From Azolla caroliniana (lineage: Eukaryota; Plantae; Polypodiophyta), in the NCBI GenBank assembly GCA_043228905.1, contig JBHGNT010000009.1, positions 14,942,001 through 15,006,000 on the forward strand: a stretch of DNA of 64,000 nt. Direction: 5' to 3'. Made by a program: the position numbers and the translations under genes. Shown piece by piece: positions 26,200 through 38,288 of this stretch (positions are counted from its first letter, which is position 1; each line of letters begins with the position of its first letter). The notes below the pieces were generated by a model. It saw only the letters and a list, made by a program, of their open reading frames with translations. It ran no database searches and was not told the DNA's origin.

Positions 26200-29100
26200 G
26201 TGATCTATGAGACTAACCCACGCCTTTTACGACTATGCTTTTGGAATTGCAATGGATACCCATGGAATGCGGGATTTGGCATAGAGGAGTTCACCGATGA
26301 CTCGGATATCACACTTCTTGTTGAGACATGGGAGCATGATACTCAAAGGATTCAAGGTTTAGGAAACTATAATGTACACTCTTTGATATGGAAGAAAAAT
26401 CCAAGACAAAGAAGAGGACAAGGAGGGGTGGCATGTTTGATTAAGAAGGAAATAGAGAAATATGTGTCAATCATAAAAAATGATGAAAATAAATGCTACA
26501 TATGGCTCAAAATAGAAACACCTAATTATTTGCCCACTTTTGTAGTTGGATGTTACATCCCTCATCAAGATTCTAACTTTTATGCTTGTTTGGATAAAGA
26601 TCAACCGTTTGCCAATCTAGAAGATGATATTGCTTATTTCAAATCCAAAGGGGAAGTTATTGTCTTTGGTGACATGAATGCTCGTACAAGAAGTTTCCAA
26701 CTTGATTCACAAGAATCTTTCATGCCACATATCTCAAGGATGCAAGAGGATATGCAAATGTATAACCGCTCTTTTAGCGATGAAAAAGATCCGGACCAAT
26801 TTGGGAAGTTACTCCTACAAATGTGCAATAGTACCGGATTGCTTATTGCAAATGGTATTTCCTTATGGCCCAACACTAATGGTTTTACATGTAGAAAACA
26901 CAATGGAAATAGTGTGATTGACTATGTGCTACTTTCCGAATGTATTTTGGATCGTATACATAAATTCTCACTTGGTGAATGGACACCGGAATCCGATCAT
27001 AGGCCTTTATGTATCGATCTCAAATGTATGCATAGGTTTGATTGTGAGAAGGCTATTGAAGATAATAAACAACCGCACTTGAGCATGAACCTTAAGCGAG
27101 CACCCATGTATTCCAAGATGGTTGAGGATATGTTACAAATGACAAAGATACAACATGGTGCCACACTAGAATGCAAATGGGAAGCTTTCAAGAAAGTCAT
27201 TCTCTCATGTACAAACAAATGTTTTTCGACCAATCGCACATCTTGGAAATGCACCAAGAAACTTAGGAAAAAATGGTTTGATAAAGAATGTCATGAAGCT
27301 CGAAAGTGCCTTATGGTTTTGGATGTAGTTAAGGATAAAGAGAATTACCAAAAGCATTTGCATGAGTATAAAAGGCTTATTCAAAGAAAGAGAAGAATAT
27401 GGGAAGTTACTCAACAACTTATCCAAACGCAAGAGAAAGCACATGCATGTGCTAAATTTTGGGGAAATCTAAAGGGAAAACGTATTGAGAGTTATGGTGA
27501 CTTAACTCTTCACGACTTGTCTATGCATTGTAAGAATTTATATGAGTTATCTCTTGCCGGAAAGATGATGTGTTATGGTTCTCTTTCACATATGCCTCCC
27601 TTCTTTACAATTGAAGATATATGCATAGGACTTAAGAAATTGGCCTCTCGAAAGGCAAGCGATCTTCAATGTATAAAGGCTGAAATGCTCAAATGGACGG
27701 GAAAGGAAGCACATATATGGATAAGCGATATGTTTAATGATGCATTGCAACATGGTATGCCGTACGATTGGACTACAAATTGGATCAAACCTTTACATAA
27801 AGGTGGAGATATAAATAATGTAAACAACTATCGAACCATCATGGTTGGCTCATTAATGGCAAAACTATTTGGATGTATAATGGAATCAAAGATAAGTGTA
27901 TGGGCTGAAAAAAGTGGTAAGAGAGCTTATGGACAAGTTGGCTTTCGGAAACACCATAGCACCATTGATCACCTTATCACCCTTCGAGTATTAATGGAGG
28001 AAAGTCGCCTTAGAGGTAAAGGTTTATATTGTTGCTTTGTAGACTTCAAGAAAGCTTTTGATATGGTACCTCGTGAGCATCTTTGGAGGCGAATGGAAGA
28101 ACTTGAGGTGCCAAGTGAATATATGCTTGCAATTTTCCGAATTTATGAGAAGGTTATATGTTGTGTGGGCATGAGAGATAAACTTTCAGATTTTTTCAAA
28201 AGCACTATTGGTGTTAAGCAAGGATGCCCACTCTCACCAACACTATTTGGTCTATGCATTGATGAATTGGAAGAAATGGTTACCAAGTTTGCAAAGGAAG
28301 AATGTGTTGAAGAAGTTGCCATTGGGAATGTTGTGATTATGCTTTTGCTATATGCAGATGATGTAGTGCTTTTTGCAAATACTTTAGGAGATGCACAAAA
28401 GCTTATGAAGGCATTGGAAAAATTTTGCATGCATACTAAATTAAGTGTCAATAGCTCTAAAACAAAGATTATGCTTGTGAAGAGCCAAAAAAGAGATAAA
28501 CCATGCATTATGTACAACAATGAGCTACTTGAATGTGTGGAAAGCTTCAAATATCTTGGCCTTGAAGTTCCTTCAAATCATAGATGGAATGAATGTGCTA
28601 CACGCCGCTTAGAGGCGGGCAAGCGAGCATACTATGCATTTGAGAACACATGCAATCTTGGAGATATTAAGTGTTGGGTCCTCAAGAAATATCTTTTCGA
28701 CACTTTGGTGACACCGGTTCTTCTCTATGGGGTGGAAGTATGGGGCGGTAGCATCCCTAAATCTATGTGGAAAGAGTTTGAAAATGTCCAAAAGCATTTT
28801 CTTACCAAGTTTCTACAAGTTAAGAAACAAACGCCCTATACCCTCCTCCTCCTTGAGACGGGATCGCTTCCCATTGAGATCATGGCCATGGAAAGGGTTG
28901 TTGAATACATGCTTAAGGTTCAAAAAAGTCCCTCACATCGACTTCCTAGAATTGCGTGGGAAGCAAGCAAAAAGATCCAAAAGACGCATAAAAGCAAAAT
29001 TTTGTGTTCCGGTTAGATGCAAGATATAGAAAAATGGTTTGGTAGATGGGATGCGAGACACTTGCTTCATGATGCATCATTAGATTCCTCTGTAAATGAG

Positions 29101-29574
29101 GCATTTTTGCAACGCCAATGTATCATGACATGGGACAAATGTGGAGGCTCACGCTTCACACACTATACTACACATGTTGCACCTAACTACAAAACCATAT
29201 TCTTCGCGAAACGGGGAAATCGTACACATCCATACATGTTAGAGCCCATACCGTTATCTTCCATTCGAACCATTGCTTCCATGCGACTTAGCTCACATGC
29301 ATTGCGATGTGAAACAGGGCGTTGGGGTATAAGTGATGAGAGTGGTCGGTTATGCGCACTTTGCCCTAAACAAGTTCGCGAGTCTGAGTATCACACTTTG
29401 ATACAATGCTCTGCCTTTGATCATATTCGACCATGCTTTACACATCTCTTCGATCGAGCCCAATCTTTGCATGAATTCCTCTCACAACCACAATGTGCAC
29501 TCTCGATTGCAACATTCATTGGTAAAGTTCTTGAACATCGAGAGTCACTACTCACTTTCACACATATCACGTGA
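26200..29574 (+). CDS. LINE ORF2: APE endonuclease, reverse transcriptase and C-terminal CCHC; one premature stop at 29014-29016
   Basis: WNCNG, VETW, GDMNA, IDY, SDH (APE); FVDFKKAFD, GVKQGCPLSP, YADD (RT); CALC..ESEYHTLIQC. The TAG corresponds to TGG in the upstream copy. Confidence 0.93.
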
Positions 29575-32564
29575 AATGTAATATTTTTGGTCTCATAGGT
29601 CATATTTGACCTCCGAAGACGATAATATAATCTATCTATCTATCTATCTATCTATCTCTCTCTCTCTCCCGAGTACTCTCTGTATTCTGTGTACTATTCT
29701 CTCTCTCTCTCTTTGCTGCTACGCAGCCAAGCTGTTGTCTTACGCTTCCGCACATATGCTTTCACACAAATAGACCGAGAAGGTCGAAAGGCCCGGAATT
29801 GGATGGGTCATGAAAAGCGGGACCAGACAGGTCGAGGAGCAGGAGCAAGGCAAGAAGACACCAAGAGGAGCCAGAGGGAAGGACCAGCAGACACTAACAC
29901 CACGATCCAACCTCAAGTTGAGCTTGAGGGGGAGTGTTGAGTAGACAAGCTCAACCGGATCGGGCTTGGTTGAATAAGCCAGAGCCGGATCGGTATCTGG
30001 AACGAAGAACTGAATAGGTATTCGGATCGGTATGCCAAATTAGAGAGATGGATCGGATTGTAACAGGTAGGCCATTGGAGGTCCACAATCTTAGCCTAGT
30101 ATGTAGGCAGATTCCTTGGATTTAGTGTTAGTCGCTCGTATGAGCATTGAAGTACTTGTCAGTACTTCTGCCAGTCCTTTTAAGAACCTATATAAAAAGT
30201 GTTGTGTAGGACATTGTATGTACAGAGTGTTATTATTTTGAATTTAGTTTTTATGTTGTTCTGCTCTCTTTGTCTCTCCCGTGTATTCAAGCTTTCCATT
30301 GAACCTTCCTTCTGTGTTCTACTATTATCTGAACTAGCCAGTTTTGTCTTAGCTTCCGCACATTATCTTTGTCATTGGTATTGTTCTTCACTCACCATTC
30401 CTCTACAACTTTTCGTCCCTCATACATGTTCCTATCCACCTCTGTGAGTAGCTTTGAGCATAAAGCCCTAGTCATAGAAAACACCTCAAATAGAAGAAGA
30501 AGCCATACTCGGGGTCCACAAAATAATAGAAATAACTCTAAGGGGAGGTCTAAATTTAGAAATAAGAAAAAAAAAATCATGTTGGTAATGTGGTGGTCTA
30601 AATCACTACAAAAGAGATTGTAGAATGAAGAGGTGAGACCAAAAGAATGGAACCACTAACAACAAGAAAAATGACCCTACAACAACCACATGTGATGGTG
30701 AAATTACCAGTGTTTGTGATTATTCTTGTGACAATTTAGCATGCCAACAAACTTATTGGATTATTGAGTCGAGAGCTTCATATCATATTACCCCATATCG
30801 AGAGATGTTTACATCATATGCTAGTGGTAGCTTTGGTAGAGTCAAATTGGCCAACCAAAGTGTGACAGAGGTTGTTGGCATAGGGAACATCATTTTGGCA
30901 ACAGACACAAGTTGTAAACTTGTATTGAAGATGTTAGAGATATTTTGGATATTCGTTTGAATATCATTTTTTCCGGTAAGCTCAGAGGGTTATCAAATTA
31001 CTTTGGTGAAGGAAGATGAAGCCTCACCAAAGGGTCTCTAATCATTGCAAAATGTCAAAAACTAAAATCCATATACCTTATGCATGTTGTGGTGTCTAGC
31101 AGAGAGGTAAATGTAGCTAACAAGAATGTCTCTATTAAGCTATGGCACAAGAGACTTGGGCACCTGAGTCAAAAAGGACTTGAGGTTCTAGCAAGGAAGA
31201 ATGTTTTTCTAGAGATAACATGTTTGCATTTGGAAACTTGTATTGATTGTTTGGTCGGTAAACAACATAGAGTTGCTTTTCACCTGTTACCCCCAGAAGA
31301 AAATCTCAGTCATTGGAATTGGTGCATACTAATTTCTACTATATGAAAGATTAAACTCTTGGTGGTGCATTATACTTCACTACACTCATTGATGATTTCT
31401 CGAGGAAATTGTGGTGCTTTGCAATGAAATCTAAAGATCACATATTTGATATCTTTAAGAGCTTTCATGCTAGTGTTGAAGAGAAACTAGAAAGAAGTTA
31501 AAATGCATTTGTGCGGATAATGGTGGTGAATATTGGGGTCAATTTGAGCAATATTGTCGTGATCATGGTATTAGGCTTGAGAGAAGTGTTCCAAAAATGC
31601 CTCAGCACAATGGTGTGGTTGAAAGAATGAATAGAACAATTTGTGAGCGAATAATGTGTATGTTATCACACTCCAAATTGCGTAAACCTTTTTGGGGTGA
31701 AGGAATTAGAATTGAAGTTGATTTTAGAAACTTGTCTCCGTCGGCACCTTTGGACGGTGATGTTCCCAAGAGTGTTTGGACAAGAAACAATGTTTCATAC
31801 AAACACTTGAAAGTCTTTGGTTGTAGGGCTTATGTTCACATCCCAAAATATAAAAGATCCAAGCTTGATAACAGGCGCAAACTATGTATATTCTTCGGCT
31901 AAGGTCATAAAGAATTTGGTTATAGATTATATGACCCAGTGAATAAGAAGGTTACTAGAACCAGGGGGTGTAGTATTCCTTGAGGATCAGACTTTACAAG
32001 ATCTAGAGCTGAGTGAAATACCAAATTTCACGCCTGATTTTTCAATCACCACACATTCAACTCCTACCCTAGACATTTAAGTTCATGAGGGAGATGTGGA
32101 GGAGTATGATGATTGTTGTCTGCTGGAATAGTAACCGACGGACAAGAGCGCAGGAATAGGAAATAGTATAAGATTGTAACGCATGTAACGGTTCACATGG
32201 GAAGCGTGAACGGCAAAAAGACCCTACGTATATAAAGGGCATAAAACCTCTAATAGAAGTAGCCTGTAATTTTGGAATGTAAAGAAGCGTATCGTAATAG
32301 ATTTCTATCTTCTCTGATATTTGTGTATAGCTACGGCTAATCTACTGTGTGTCTAGAATACCTGAGAGTGTAGAAGTAAGAAACGTGAGCGTGTAGCCAC
32401 TGTTAAGGAGTTCGGTTGTAGCCGTCTCCCTTATACGTTGCTAGGTCACGGGGAACACCCCCCTACGTGTTACGCACAGACACCACCGTTCGTTGTCTCA
32501 CAGTCACTTGGAGATCTAGGTCGAAGGACTCACCGCAGACCGTGTTCCTAATCGGCAACACTTT

Positions 32565-32578
32565 TGGCACGCTTGGTG
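32565..32578 (+). promoter_or_regulatory. Primer-binding site, tRNA-Arg type
   Basis: TGGCACGCTTGGTG 4 nt after the 5' LTR; 13/14 match to the complement of the plant tRNA-Arg(UCU) 3' end as recalled (TGGCACGCCTGGTG). Confidence 0.7.
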
Positions 32579-35500
32579 ATCTGTGTCTTCTCACAGACGA
32601 ACAGCGACGAATGGATGTTTAGCCGCAGATGCCCCAGAGAACCAACACGACAAGACCGGCCAATCTCAAGGTCCATCACACGCCAGGCAGAGGAACGCAC
32701 ACGGCAAAAGCCTCGCCTCAGCGACCTCAGTACTACCTGTCGTGATTACAAAGGTGATTTTTCGCTCTCCAAATACCTCGACGATACGCGAGGAGCATGC
32801 TCACCCCCAGCAACATTGTGGTCTTTCCCGACCTGTCGTCGCCCCCAGCATTGCCTTTGCCTATCCCCGCTTTAACGGTGAAACCGACGCCGCAACCCAT
32901 ATTCGCATGTTCCTCAATGTTTGGAATGCGAACCACATGGCGCAGAGCCTTTCTGAGGCGGTAGCGCACCAGTCTAAAATGACGGAGTTCGGGTTAACAT
33001 TGGATGGGCGAGCGGCATTTTGGCATTCACAGATGGATTTGCCAGCAATCACGACCTTCGATTAGCTGCAGTCCGCCTTCTTGCGGTTCTTCCATCGGAG
33101 GGTTCCACAACGCAAAATCCTCGGACAGTTCTACACAATTAAGCAACTGCCAACTGAGACGATCGCAGACTTCAGCTTACGTTTCCAAAATTTACGGCGG
33201 AAACTAGAATGGAGCCCCGCGGAGGATGAGGCTTGAGAGACATTTTTGGCAACATTACGTTGACCCATACGGACAACGCTCAACAACAATAGCGTGAAAG
33301 GGGAAACGGTGGATATGGTCATTGAACGAGCGTTACAGCTCGAGTTGGACGACGAGGAGAAAAGGTTTTCTATGTCCTCCTTACGACAAGCGTTACCCCA
33401 GGACGAGGAACGACAGTTTCGTCAAGCAATCCAGTGCATGATTTGCTTGAACTCGGGGCATTCCGCAATGGAGTGCAACATGCGAATCCATTGCCCAATC
33501 TACCACTCGAAGGCTCACATAGTCAAACAGTGCGAATACAATATGCTGAATAGAGCCGCTCCCACAGTACGTAGCATGGACACACAGCGTCCCCCACGTC
33601 GTACTGAACAAAGGAGACAAGAAGACCGACCACGGTATGTGGATCGCAACCCACGTGACGACCGGCACCACCGGAATCGCCGGAATCACAACGATTCCGA
33701 GGAAGACGAACCAGAGGATGAGGATTACCATGGACCTCTGAGTTATGCTAAAGGGGGCCGGCGCTATGAGAATCACCGGCCGACAAACAAACGTGGTGGC
33801 TTCAATAGTTATGTGGGAAGCCGCAGCAATATCGAGACCACCGGCGATATGACGAAAGCTCGGGAGATGAGCGACACCAAGAACCACGTCGGGACCAACA
33901 ACAACCACCGCCTACGTTCCGACAAACGAGGCCGGACCATGAGGAGTAAGTCGCACCAGGGGATCGGCACACACCACCAGGAGCCGAGAAGGGCGAATCG
34001 AGCATCCATTGTTTTGTTTGTCAGCAGCCCGGACATTATGCCACGCAATGCCCAGCATGCAAGGGCAAGGGGCCCGCCGTCAATATGATTATGACAGAAG
34101 TGCAGCAAGTCACGACACGCCGGCAAACAAAAATGGCTAATTGGGCCGCTCAAGTTGAGATACGACGACAAGCCCAGGCATGGGTGGAAAAAACAAATGC
34201 GACCAATACAGAGCGCATGCAAAAGGAGTCCGCGAATACGATGGAGCGAGTGGAAGATGAAGGACCGGCCCCAGACCCCATTTGGCAAGCATTAGCGGGT
34301 TGCGAGATAACGTTAACCATGGAGAAGCTGTTGCAGCTAGTCCCACGCTTCCGCCAAACCATGGAAGAACGGGTGACGGGCATACCCAAGGTGAGCGTTG
34401 TTACGAACCTTACGGACGTGAGTGACGGACTACCTGTAGTGGATCACCACAACCCGGCTATTACATTGATATTACACGGACAGGAAATTCCTGGATGCGT
34501 AATCGATGGCGGCTTAGGCGTTAATGTAATTAGCACGAAAACATGCGAGCAATTAGGCATTTCAGAATGGGAGGCTTGCCCATTCTGGCTCCGAATGGCA
34601 GATACCCGCTTAGTACGACCATTGGGGTTGATTCGCAAGATAGGCATTATCGTGGGCGGACATCGCATCGACATCTCGGCGGTTGTCCTCGCCTTGGACG
34701 CCCCAGGGGCATACCCCGTGCTTCTGGGCAGACCGTGGCTTCAGGCAACAAATATCAAGCAGAGCTGGCAACACAAGTGTATCAGTTTCCGACACAGACG
34801 CACTAAGGTTCGCGTACCTACGGAAGGAAGCACGCCACAATCCAAGGGTATAACACCATTATACGCAGAAGATATAAATATGTTGGTTGGGATGGAGGAT
34901 GCAGAATTAGAGGCATACCTAGACGAGCACCCTCGGATCATTCCGTTGTTCAAAATCAACATCATCGCAACCGCGGCAGAATATGCCACGGCCACTATTC
35001 TCCACGACGAGGCTTACGAACCAAACCTGGAGTCCATATTGGAACTCAGCAGAGCACGGGTGGCATTCGAAAGGGAAATGGAAATTTCACGATGAGTCAT
35101 CGCCTCCGCCCTGGAAGAAGTAAACGTGGGTATGGAGTCCAAACCCCGTTTCCTCTCCATCACAAAGAAATTAAGGCCGGACCAGAGAAACACGATGATC
35201 GAACTACTCAAGAAATATAAAGATGTGTTCGCTTGGGCTCACAAGGACATGAGGGGTTAGATCCCAAGTTTTATCAACATAAGATCAATTTAGCAACCAA
35301 CGCAAAACCCGTCTAGCAACGCCGCTACCGCATGAAACCGAACTACGCGACCCGTTAAACAAACTCCTAAATGCGGGATTCATACAGCCAGTTAAACAAG
35401 CCACATAGTTAAGTCCGATAGTAGTCGTTCCAAAGAAAAACGGAAAAATATGGGTATGCGTGGATTACCGAAAATTAAACGTCGTAACCATTACGGACGC

Positions 35501-38288
35501 ATTCCCTTTACCATTCACCGATAATGTATTGGACGCCGTCGTAGGACATGAGATGTATAGTTTTTTTGATGGCTTCAGTGGGTATAACCAGGTACACATG
35601 CATCCTGATGACCAAGAGAAGACGGCATTTGTCACGGACTGGGGAGTCTATGTGGCAGTCGTCATGATGTTCAGGCTAAAGACGGCGCTAGCAACATTTC
35701 AACGGACAATTACGGAGATCTTTGGGGAATATATTCCGGCATTCATGCAAGTTTTTTTAGACGACTTTGCGGTATATGGGAAAACAATCAACTATTTTAC
35801 GCATCTGCAACTGTGCTTGGAACGTTGCCGCACCGCACGCTTAAGCCTGAATCCCACGAAATGTGCCTTCGGTGTGACCAGCGGGACTCTCCTAGGCCAT
35901 ATAGTCAGCAAGGATGGAATAGCGGTCGATCCGAACAAGATCTCTTCGATTACGCAAGCCAAAACTCCGACAAACGCAAAATCACTCAGCCGGTTTTTAG
36001 GACAAATACGATGGCATAGTCGGATGATACTATATTTGGCGGACTTCGCCACGCCGTTACATGCTATCATGCATCGGACTCCCTTCCAATGGACCGCAAC
36101 GGAGGACAAGGCCTATGAGGCGCTTAAGATAATGCTCACACAGGCCCCCATCGTACAGCCACCAGTTTGGGCGAAGCCATTCCACGTGTTCGTCGACGCC
36201 TCGGACATAGCAATAGGGAGTGCGCTAATGCAGCTGACCGAACCAAACTGGTATCGGCCATTGTACTACGCTAGTCACATATTATCAACAGCAGAGCGTA
36301 ACTATTCCACAACGGAGCGGGAGGCGCTAGGGATGATCTATAGCATCAATAAATTCCGGCATTATTACCTGGGGAGGAAATTCACGTTCCACGCGGATCA
36401 TTCGGCACTCCTATATTTGGTGGAGAAACAAGCTCTGACAGGGAAATTGGCGCGACGGATGCTGCTGGTTCAAGAATTCGATTTTATAATTCAGCACCGA
36501 CCGGGGATGCAACACGCAGTGGCAGATTTTTTGAGCAGACTCAATAATGGAGAAACAGTACAGAAGGACGACGATGATTTTCCGGACGCCGACATATGCG
36601 GGTAGCCACACTAGCAGAAAGAACGGAATCGACCTTTCCGGACCGGTGGCTTATGGAAATGACATACTTTTTTACTACAAAACTGCCTCCACCACAATTA
36701 AGCACGGACAAGAAGAAATGATTAGCCGTCTGAAGCCGTAACTTCTGCCTCGTAGAAGGAATTTTATATCACAAAGGAAGTGACGGCATTTGGCGACACG
36801 GGGTACGTCAGGATGAGAAAGAAGCAATTTTACGGGAAGCTCACTACGGCACGGCAGGCGGCCATTACGCGGGTGATGTTACGCCCGGAAAATATGGCAG
36901 GTGGGCCTATGGTGGCCGACAACACATAAGGACGCATACGAGTATTGTAGAAAGTGTGATTTGTGTCAACGGATGGGCCAGCCCACGGAGGGCGCAAGGA
37001 TGCCACACCAACCTGTATTACCGTTAGACCCCTTCCAAAAGTGGGGATTGGATTTTGTGGGCCCCTTCACATCGGAGGCAGCCCGTACGGGCAATAAATA
37101 CATATTGGTAGCCATGGATTATTGCACCAAGTGGGTAGAAGCAAAGGCACTACAAGAAAATACGGCAGCCGTCACAACGAGATTCCTTTACGAGCACATC
37201 TGGTGCCGGTTCGGCTGTCCGATTGAGCTCATCACTGACCAGGGGAGCCACTTTCTCAATACGGTTGTTCGAGAACTAACACATCATTACACCGTAGTCC
37301 ACAAGAAGAGTATACCATATTATCCACAGGCGAATGGGTTAGCGGAATCCACCAACAAGACGTTGCAGACCATCTTGAAGAAAATCGTCAATGAAAATAG
37401 AACGGACTGGGATACCAAATTACAGAGTGCGTTATGGGCGTACAGAACCAGCTACAAAACAAGCATATAGTCAACGTTGTTTCGACTAGGGTTTGGACTG
37501 GAGGCCGTGATGCTGGTAGAGTTTCAGATACCCAGTTTACAGATTCAGGTACGGGACCGACTATCAGAAGCCAAGTTGGAGGACGTACGGCTCCACCAGT
37601 TACTCGAACTCGGCGAAAAACGCGTACACAGCATGGCTGTCTTGGAGCAGGAACAACGACGGCGTAAAGCGTTTGTAGATCGACATCGGAATGCATGGGA
37701 AAAGGATTTTGTCGTCGGTCGAGCAGTACTGGTTTTCCAAACCCGCATGGGCCATATGCTCGGGAAGTTACGATTCCGCTGGACATGCCCGTACTGGATA
37801 ATTGGAGCAGAACAAGGCACGTTCCAACTAGGTACGTTGGTTGCGGAAGTCTTATGACAAAAGGTGAATGGGTTTTACCTTAAACCTTACCTGGGCCCTA
37901 CGCCACCTAACCCATTCACCGCCGGACAGGACAAAGGAAGAGAACCCGCGGCGTAAGTGGACGGGCCCACTTGTATCATAATGTAAGAATAGTTTGTATG
38001 TAACCGTTACGAAAAAAAAAAAAAGGAGAAGATAGTGACACTATTAAAGAAAAAGGACTGAATGCATGCACAGACTCCTAGATCAAGAACACGCGGCACC
38101 ACGATGGCTCATCGCCCAATGAACCCTAGGCCATAGAAAGAAGAAAATAGAAGATCTTCTGCACAAAATAGAAACCCACCTCCTAACCCTCAGCGCTCTC
38201 ATCGCTCCCTTCCCTCACCTTCTCCTCCATCCTCTCACAAAGCTCCAACCCATCGCAACCACACCAGTCTCCTCCCCACGAGCATAGT

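Larger units (their letters stand above)
25834..29655 (+). mobile_element. Near full-length non-L1 LINE (RTEX/L2/CR1-like), truncated within ORF1, (CTAT)n tail
   Basis: ORF1 remnant plus an APE-RT-CCHC ORF2; ends in (CTAT)n merging into (CT)n. Confidence 0.92.
19233..29766 (+). mobile_element. Full-length degenerate Ty1/copia element; 5' LTR ~19233-19685, 3' LTR 24650-29766 interrupted by two LINEs
   Basis: PBS TGGTATCAAAGC 19686-19697; gag, PR (WYVDLGASNHMT), INT (HSDVWGP), RT (YVDD), RNase H; PPT 24641-24649; both LTRs end ...GCTTTCACA. The 5' terminus is degenerate and no TSD was found. Confidence 0.92.
15945..30375 (+). mobile_element. Ty1/copia 3' half hosting three nested insertions; pieces at 15945-17526, 17837-18066, 19167-19232 and 29767-~30375 (3' LTR from 29935)
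   Basis: RT WVYKVKYNIDGSVNQYKARLVAKG, YVDD; RNase H HARTKHIEVHYHF; the 3' region continues collinearly across each insertion; PPT GAGGGGGAG then TGTTGAG at 29935. Confidence 0.8.
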
